A DNA stretch of 6,758 nt, taken from assembly GCA_035390665.1 (NCBI GenBank), contig DAOOUC010000020.1, forward strand, positions 1 to 6,758, in the 5' to 3' direction. Position 1 is the first letter of the stretch; every line of letters begins with the position of its first letter. The notes under the pieces were generated by a model, which saw only the letters and a list, made by a program, of their open reading frames with translations, made no database searches and was not told the DNA's origin. A program made the position numbers and the translations under genes. Source of the DNA: an archaeon (lineage in GTDB: Archaea > Iainarchaeota > Iainarchaeia > Iainarchaeales > CSSED10-239). Positions 1 through 4,942 of the stretch are shown here, in pieces.

Positions 1-2
1 GG

Positions 3-25
3 ATCCTAAAAAATTAGGATTTTTT
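3..25 (+). terminator. Candidate intrinsic terminator hairpin for an upstream + strand gene cut off by the window edge
   Basis: Perfect 7-bp inverted repeat ATCCTAA (3-9) / TTAGGAT (14-20) around an AAAA loop, followed directly by TTTTT (21-25). The window opens GGA TCC TAA, so TAA at 7-9 could be the stop of a truncated upstream gene. The stem is short and A/T-rich, so stability is probably low. Confidence 0.35.
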
Positions 26-33
26 ATGAGACC

Positions 34-45
34 GCAACCGGTTGC
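34..45. repeat. Perfect 12-bp palindrome GCAACCGGTTGC inside a ~40-nt G+C-rich island (29-68); function unknown (possible operator or recombination site)
   Basis: GCAACCGGTTGC equals its own reverse complement. In the surrounding segment gagaccgcaaccggttgcactggacagccaccctccc I count 25 G/C of 37 nt, against a strongly A+T-rich background. Confidence 0.6.
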
Positions 46-77
46 ACTGGACAGCCACCCTCCCAAAAATGATGTCG

Positions 78-106
78 TTTATAATTGCCATTATATTATT
101 GGTGAT
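78..106 (+). promoter_or_regulatory. Candidate promoter element plus Shine-Dalgarno for the Bro-N-like gene
   Basis: TTTATAAT at 78-85 contains an exact TATAAT at 80-85 and also fits an archaeal TATA box. GGTGAT at 101-106 lies 6 nt upstream of ATG 113 and matches the anti-SD complement. Both elements sit inside the longer 26..391 ORF, which argues for the downstream start. Confidence 0.35.
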
Positions 107-112
107 TATTTA

Positions 113-391
113 ATGCAAGAAAAGAATGAAATTGCAATTTTTGAAAATAAAAAGATTAGAAGGATATGGCATGAAGAAGATTGGTGGTTTTCAGTAGTTG
201 ATGTCGTTGGAGCATTGACTGACAGTTCTGAGCCAAAAAGATATTGGTCTGATTTGAAAATTAAGATGAGAGATGAGTCTGGAATTGAACCGTACGATAA
301 AATCGTACAGTTGAAATTAATAGCAGAAGATGGAAAATTAAGAGAAACAGATTGTGCAAACTTGGAAGGGATTTTTAGAATAACACAATAG
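113..391 (+). CDS. Bro-N-like (phage antirepressor / DinD-like N-terminal domain) protein, 92 aa, probably a C-terminally truncated copy
   Basis: The ORF track gives 26..391. I prefer ATG at 113 (M30) because of the SD at 101-106 and because residues 1-29 are encoded by the atypical GC-rich island. The segment IAIFENKKIRRIWHEEDWWFSVVDVVGALT...LKLIAEDGKLRETDCANLEGIFRI matches the Bro-N pattern (F..xxIR..xxxxxxWF.xxDV..xLxxxxxxxxxxxxxxxxxxxxxGxxxxxxxxxxEGxxRLI). Stop is TAG at 389-391. Confidence 0.65.
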   Translation: MQEKNEIAIFENKKIRRIWHEEDWWFSVVDVVGALTDSSEPKRYWSDLKIKMRDESGIEPYDKIVQLKLIAEDGKLRETDCANLEGIFRITQ

Positions 392-395
392 AAAA

Positions 396-1049
396 TCACT
401 TGACTTTGTTTTTCCCAATTGGACACAATTCTTTTATTGGGCACATTTGACAATTAGGCCTTCTAGAAAAACAAACATTTTGTCCAAGTGTAACAAAAAG
501 ATAATTTGTTTTATTCCATAATTCATTTGGTAAAATCTTTCTTAGTTCCATTTCTGTTTCTAGTGGTGTTTTTGTATTAACAATTTCTAAAAGATTAGTA
601 ATCCTATGAACATGAGTGTCTACACATATTCCAGGTTTTCCAAAGGCAACAGAAACAACCAAGTTAGCAGTTTTTCTTCCAACTCCTGGTAGTTCTAATA
701 ACCTTTCAATCTCTTCAGGGACTTTCCCCGCAAATTTTTCTTTAACAACCCTTGGTAGTTCTTTAAGATGTTTAGCTTTAGTCTTATAAAATCCAACAGG
801 ATAAAGTAATTTTTCAAGTTCTTTTTGTGAAATCTTTTCAAGATCTTCAAGTCCTTTTACTTTTTCAAACAATCCTTTACAAACAACAGCAGTAGTTTTG
901 TCAAGTGTTCTTGCAGATAAAATTGTAGCCACTAAGACAAAGAAAGGATCTTTATATTTCTCATGAACAGATTCAGCAAAAGGTAAATCAAACTTTTCTA
1001 CTTCTTTATCAAGAATAGAATATATTAGTTTAATTTCTTTAATTTCCAT
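396..1049 (-). CDS. nth: Endonuclease III (bifunctional DNA N-glycosylase / AP lyase), HhH-GPD family with a [4Fe-4S] cluster loop
   Basis: 217 aa. The helix-hairpin-helix motif LELPGVGRKTANLVV carries the catalytic Lys, and CVDTHVHRI carries the catalytic Asp. The C-terminal CFSRRPNCQMCPIKELC has exactly the C-x6-C-x2-C-x5-C spacing of the Nth iron-sulfur loop. ATG at 1047-1049 lies 6 nt after the upstream gene's stop. Confidence 0.95.
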   Translation of the reverse strand: MEIKEIKLIYSILDKEVEKFDLPFAESVHEKYKDPFFVLVATILSARTLDKTTAVVCKGLFEKVKGLEDLEKISQKELEKLLYPVGFYKTKAKHLKELPRVVKEKFAGKVPEEIERLLELPGVGRKTANLVVSVAFGKPGICVDTHVHRITNLLEIVNTKTPLETEMELRKILPNELWNKTNYLFVTLGQNVCFSRRPNCQMCPIKELCPIGKNKVK

Positions 1050-1055
1050 ATTTTA

Positions 1056-1481
1056 TCATTTCTTAAAAGTAATTTTACGATTAGCAGTATAATTCCAGAA
1101 AAATCCAATGCCAATAGCAAACACTTTACCAATCATATAATGCAATCCAAGTACATCAACGCAAATCTTTAGCACTCCAAGATTAATCAATAATCCGATA
1201 ATTGAAATAAAAACAAATAATCCAAACTGTTTTGCAATCTTTTTTTCTGCATCCTTAAATGTAAAATACTTCTGCCCTAAGTAAGCAACAACTGCTCCTA
1301 AGAAGAAAGAAATTGTTCCAGAAACAAGATAATTAATCTTAATAACATCAGTAAGTAGGAACAAAAACAAAACATCTACGATTGTAGCAATAACTGAAAC
1401 AAAAAGATAACTCCAAAATAATTTATCAAATCTATTAACTATTGGAATTTTTTTAATTAATTTAGTAATTATTGCAGTCAT
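1056..1481 (-). CDS. GtrA-family small integral membrane protein (putative lipid-linked sugar translocation / glycan synthesis accessory)
   Basis: 141 aa with four hydrophobic segments. The family-typical C-terminal signature FFWNYTANRKITFK is present, along with an earlier GQKYFTFK motif. Its start overlaps the galE stop in ATGA (1478-1481). Confidence 0.8.
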   Translation of the reverse strand: MTAIITKLIKKIPIVNRFDKLFWSYLFVSVIATIVDVLFLFLLTDVIKINYLVSGTISFFLGAVVAYLGQKYFTFKDAEKKIAKQFGLFVFISIIGLLINLGVLKICVDVLGLHYMIGKVFAIGIGFFWNYTANRKITFKK

Positions 1482-2464
1482 ATTTTTTTGTATCCGTTTG
1501 GATGGGTTTTATGCCAATTATATGCTGTAGAAATTATGGTTCTAATATCTGAATATTTCGGGCTCCATCCCAGAATTTTTCTTATTTTAGTTGAATCTGC
1601 TAAAAGTATTGGAGGATCTCCAGCTCTTCTCTCTGTATAATTAACAATTGCTTTTTTCCCTATAATATCTTCAGAAACAGTAATTATTTCTTTATTAGAA
1701 AATCCGTTTCCGCTTCCTATATTAAATATATTAGATTGTCCACCAGTAATTAAATGATTAATTGCAAGAACGTGTGCTTGTGCAAGATCAGTAACATGAA
1801 CATAATCTCTAATACAAGTTCCGTCTTTAGTTTCATAATCTGTTCCAAAAATTTTAATTTCTTGATTATTAATTATTGCATTTATTACAATCGGAATTAA
1901 ATGTGTTTCTGGATTATGATCTTCTCCGAGATTTCCACTGGAGTCTGCACCAGAAGCATTAAAATATCTTAAAGCCACAAAATGAAATCCATAAGCATTC
2001 TCAAAATATTTTAACATTTTTTCTACAATTAATTTAGTTTCGCCATAAGGATTAATTGGATCAAGTGTGTCTTCTTCTGTAATAGGAATTCTTCTAGGTG
2101 ATCCATAAACAGCCGCACTTGAAGAAAAAACAATTTTATTTACATTACATTCTTTCATACAATTAAGAAGATTAAGTGTATTTATTACATTATTAGTATA
2201 ATATTTTTCAGGGATTTTAACAGATTCTCCAACAGCCAAATATCCTGCAAAATGAATAACTGCATCAATTTTTTCTTTAATAAGTGTTTCTTTTAATAAT
2301 TGAGAATCAGATAAATCTCCACAAATTAATTTAGTATTTAAAATTGCTTCTTTATGTCCAGCTTCTAGATTATCAAAAACAACCGGATTATGTCCACTTT
2401 CTTTTAATTCTTTAACAGTATGGCTTCCAATATAACCTGCACCACCACAAACTAAAATATTCAT
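1478..2464 (-). CDS. galE: UDP-glucose/UDP-hexose 4-epimerase (GalE, extended SDR)
   Basis: N-terminal Rossmann motif ILVCGGAGYIGSH, the SSSAAVYG motif, the catalytic YGETK (YxxxK) and the C-terminal RRAGDPP..ADS block are all collinear with GalE. The track starts at a GTG (2473, MINMNILV...). I prefer ATG at 2462-2464, which gives MNILVCGGAGYIGSH, the usual GalE N-terminus, with GTGAT 4 nt upstream as an SD-like element. Confidence 0.9.
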   Translation of the reverse strand: MNILVCGGAGYIGSHTVKELKESGHNPVVFDNLEAGHKEAILNTKLICGDLSDSQLLKETLIKEKIDAVIHFAGYLAVGESVKIPEKYYTNNVINTLNLLNCMKECNVNKIVFSSSAAVYGSPRRIPITEEDTLDPINPYGETKLIVEKMLKYFENAYGFHFVALRYFNASGADSSGNLGEDHNPETHLIPIVINAIINNQEIKIFGTDYETKDGTCIRDYVHVTDLAQAHVLAINHLITGGQSNIFNIGSGNGFSNKEIITVSEDIIGKKAIVNYTERRAGDPPILLADSTKIRKILGWSPKYSDIRTIISTAYNWHKTHPNGYKKI

Positions 2465-2554
2465 ATTAATCACATTTGTTTAATATCTATAGAAACACAA
2501 TATATTTAAAATATAACTTAAATATATTTATATTAACTTGAGAGATAAAGTAAC
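2465..2554. promoter_or_regulatory. Divergent promoter region between galE (-) and the flippase operon (+)
   Basis: This is the only sizeable internal non-coding gap. It is extremely A/T-rich and has TATA-like cores TTTAAAATA (2505-2513) and TTTATATT (2527-2534). The second core is centred about 25 nt before ATG 2555. Read on the minus strand, the first lies about 40 nt before the galE ATG at 2464. Confidence 0.45.
2499..2540 (+). repeat. Imperfect tandem duplication (~21-bp period) of a TATA-like module
   Basis: AATATATTTA occurs at 2499-2508 and again at 2521-2530. TAACTT occurs at 2514-2519 and again at 2534-2539. The two units are AATATATTTAAAATATAACTTA and AATATATTTATATTAACTTG. Confidence 0.6.
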
Positions 2555-4003
2555 ATGGAAGCAAGCGAAAAAAGAACCATTATAAAAAACATAAAATGGT
2601 TAACAATTTCAAAAATAATAGTATATCTTCTTTCAATTATAACTATAACTTTAATTCCCAGATATTTGGGAGTTGAAGGTTATGGGCAACTAAATTTTAT
2701 AATTTCATTTGTTGGAATATTTTCTATCCTTGGAGATTTGGGACTTCAGACTTTAACAGTAAGAGACATATCTAAAAATCCAGATAAAGCAAGTGAATAT
2801 TTCAATAATCTTTTTTTATTTAGAATATTAATATCTATAATGTTTGTTTTTATGGTTTTTATTTTTGCAATATTTTTGCCATCTCCACCAACACTTGAGC
2901 AAATAATTATTTATACAATAGGAATAGGTTTTTTCGTATTAGGTAGTTTTAATCTTGCTTTTTTAAATGGTTTTCAGGAAATAAAATATCAAGCAACCTC
3001 TGATGTCATTCAAAAAACGGCGTATGCCTTTGGAGTAATTCTAGTAGTAATCTTTAATTATAAATTATTTGGAATAATTGTGGCAAGTGCAATATCTAGT
3101 GTCTTTTTGTTTGTTTTTTCTTTTTTTGCTATTAAGAGGTTTATTAAAATAAAAAAGCTAAAATTAAATAAAAAATACATAAAAGAAAAAATAATTTTTG
3201 CAAGCCCATTTATTTTAACAAGTATATTTTGGATGATTTATTTTAATATTGATAGAATATTTATAACTTATTTTAAAGGAAATTATGCTACTGGATTATA
3301 TTCCATAAGTTACACTTTTATTGGATTTCTTTTAGGGATTATTGGCATATTTAATACAGTATTTTTTCCTGTGCTTTCAAATGTTTCAAGTAATAAACAA
3401 AAATTAAAGTCAATTGTTGATAAATATTTGTTATTAATGTATATTTTTTGTATTCCAGTAACAGTTGGAGGAATATATCTTGCGCCAAAAATAATTTCTC
3501 TGGTATTTGGTAGTCAATATCTTGGAGGCACTCTTGCCTTTCAATTGATAATGTTTTTCTTTTTGTTAAATTCCATAGGAATTATAAATTACCATTTACT
3601 AATAACAAACAACCTAGAAAAATATTCTTTAAAGATTTTAGGATTATCTGCTGCGATAAACATTTTATTAAATTTTATATTTGTTCCTTGGTTTGGAATA
3701 ATTGGAGCCGCAATAACCACAATAATATCTGAAATAATAATATTTTTGTTAAGTTACAAAAAAATAAAATCAGACATAATTAAAATTAACTATTTATCTT
3801 CAATAATAAAACCAATTGTAGCTTCCGGGATTATGCTATTTGGATTAATACTTTTCAATGTCCTTTATCCAACAGGAATACTACACAACAACTTTGATGT
3901 ATTAATATCTATTATAATTGGTGGAGTAGTTTATATTGCAATTCTATTTACAACAAGAGTAATAACCCTAAATCAAATAAAGGAACTGTTAAAAAATGAA
4001 TAA
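2555..4003 (+). CDS. Wzx-like oligosaccharide flippase (MOP superfamily, polysaccharide biosynthesis protein family)
   Basis: 482 aa, highly hydrophobic with about 12-14 predicted membrane spans. The N-terminal region (KNIKWLTISKIIVYLL...PRYLGVEGYGQLNFIISF...LGLQTLTVRDISK) is typical of Wzx/RfbX-type proteins. It is the first gene of the + operon, and its stop overlaps the next start by 8 nt. Confidence 0.85.
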   Translation: MEASEKRTIIKNIKWLTISKIIVYLLSIITITLIPRYLGVEGYGQLNFIISFVGIFSILGDLGLQTLTVRDISKNPDKASEYFNNLFLFRILISIMFVFMVFIFAIFLPSPPTLEQIIIYTIGIGFFVLGSFNLAFLNGFQEIKYQATSDVIQKTAYAFGVILVVIFNYKLFGIIVASAISSVFLFVFSFFAIKRFIKIKKLKLNKKYIKEKIIFASPFILTSIFWMIYFNIDRIFITYFKGNYATGLYSISYTFIGFLLGIIGIFNTVFFPVLSNVSSNKQKLKSIVDKYLLLMYIFCIPVTVGGIYLAPKIISLVFGSQYLGGTLAFQLIMFFFLLNSIGIINYHLLITNNLEKYSLKILGLSAAINILLNFIFVPWFGIIGAAITTIISEIIIFLLSYKKIKSDIIKINYLSSIIKPIVASGIMLFGLILFNVLYPTGILHNNFDVLISIIIGGVVYIAILFTTRVITLNQIKELLKNE

Positions 4004-4481
4004 ACCAAATGTATTATTTATTTTGGGATCTGGGGGGCACACAGCCCAGATGATAGAACTATCTAAAGAACTAAAAAAAAAAATTAATTATATATATATT
4101 ATTCAAAAAGGCGACACACTTTCTAAATCAAAAATAATTTATCCAGGAAAGATAATTTATGTTACTCGCCCAAGAGAAATACAAGAATCTTATATTGTTT
4201 CTTTTTTTAAAACAACTAAATTGTTTTTTAAAGCATTAGACATTATTAATAGAAACAAAATCACCTCAATAATAACTGCAGGTCCTGGAATTGCAATTCC
4301 TTTCTGCTATACAGGAAAGATGCTAGGAAAAAAAATAATATTTATAGAAAGTTGGTCAAGAGTTACAAAGAAATCAATTTCTGGTAAATTAATCTATCCA
4401 ATTTCGGATTTATTTTTTGTACAATGGAAAGAGAATTTAATAAATTATCCTAAAGCAAAATACTGTGGGAGATTAAAATGA
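3996..4481 (+). CDS. Alg14-like oligosaccharide biosynthesis protein (membrane-association/acceptor half of a split MurG/Alg13-14-type glycosyltransferase)
   Basis: 161 aa. The hallmark GSGGHTAQM (nt 4026-4052) lies at residues 11-19, and later blocks AGPGIAIPF, IESWSRV..SISGKL and FFVQW are collinear with the Alg14 family. AGGA at 3981-3984 is a possible SD. Confidence 0.85.
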   Translation: MNKPNVLFILGSGGHTAQMIELSKELKKKINYIYIIQKGDTLSKSKIIYPGKIIYVTRPREIQESYIVSFFKTTKLFFKALDIINRNKITSIITAGPGIAIPFCYTGKMLGKKIIFIESWSRVTKKSISGKLIYPISDLFFVQWKENLINYPKAKYCGRLK

Positions 4482-4936
4482 AAACAAAGATATTTGTAAC
4501 AACAGGTTCTGTTTTAGAATTTGATATATTAACAAAAGAAATAGATAAGATTAATGAAAATAAAAGATATGCAATTATTTGTCAAATAGGGATAGGAAAA
4601 TACATTCCAAAAAATGCAGAACACTTTAGATTTAAAAAAAATTTAGATAAAGACTACTCTTGGGCAGACATAGTAATAACACACACCGGTGCAGGCACTT
4701 TATTTGAATTATTACACAAAAACAAGAAAATAATATGTATATCTAATCCCAAAGCAACAGACAATCACGAACTAGCAGAACAATTAAATAAAGAAAGACA
4801 CCTTATATTTTTAAAAGGAGAAGACATAAAACAATTAAATAAAACTCTACAAAAAATACAAAATCTAAAACAAGAAAAATATAAGCCAATCAAATCCACG
4901 ATAGGAAAAGAAATATTAAACTATATAAATAGATGA
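4478..4936 (+). CDS. Alg13-like glycosyltransferase (GT28 C-terminal / nucleotide-sugar-binding half)
   Basis: 152 aa. It carries N-terminal IFVTTGS, THTGAGT (4682-4699) and DNHELAEQL (from 4760), which match the MurG C-terminal domain / Alg13 signature (sHaGaGs ... dnHQ.elA). It has an ATGA overlap with the Alg14-like gene, and GGAG lies 6 nt upstream of the start. Confidence 0.85.
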   Translation: MKTKIFVTTGSVLEFDILTKEIDKINENKRYAIICQIGIGKYIPKNAEHFRFKKNLDKDYSWADIVITHTGAGTLFELLHKNKKIICISNPKATDNHELAEQLNKERHLIFLKGEDIKQLNKTLQKIQNLKQEKYKPIKSTIGKEILNYINR

Positions 4937-4942
4937 AATCTT

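Noticed and set aside
1-6. GGATCC (BamHI site) at the very first bases as a biological signal
   Set aside because: It is most likely a cloning, fragment or contig boundary, or coincidence. It also forms part of the hairpin stem region. Nothing can be inferred from it.
29-68. tRNA, tRNA half (split-tRNA style) or tRNA-derived att fragment
   Set aside because: On the + strand, GGTTG/CAGCC followed by ACCCTCC could mimic a T-arm plus acceptor 3' strand, but the 7-nt loop CACTGGA lacks the invariant TTC..A. On the - strand, GGGAGGG could be an acceptor 5' strand, but no D-arm can be drawn because the loop would be only 2-4 nt. An att origin from some other source remains open (see findings).
68-75. 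C/D-box sRNA (ATGATGT resembles a C box)
   Set aside because: No CTGA D box or terminal stem lies within the 50-70 nt expected. The nearest CTGA is about 150 nt downstream, inside the coding region.
26-112. N-terminal extension MRPQPVALDSHPPKNDVVYNCHYIIGDYL of the 121-aa ORF
   Set aside because: It is encoded largely by the compositionally aberrant GC island. It also contains the TATAAT/TATA-like element and the GGTGAT SD that serve ATG 113. Bro-N similarity starts only after M30.
106-453. 115-aa ORF on the minus strand
   Set aside because: It is antisense to the Bro-N-like gene and out of frame with the 3' end of nth. The product is Ser/Ile/Phe-rich and low in complexity with no recognisable motif, and there is no SD or promoter. 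This looks like a shadow ORF.
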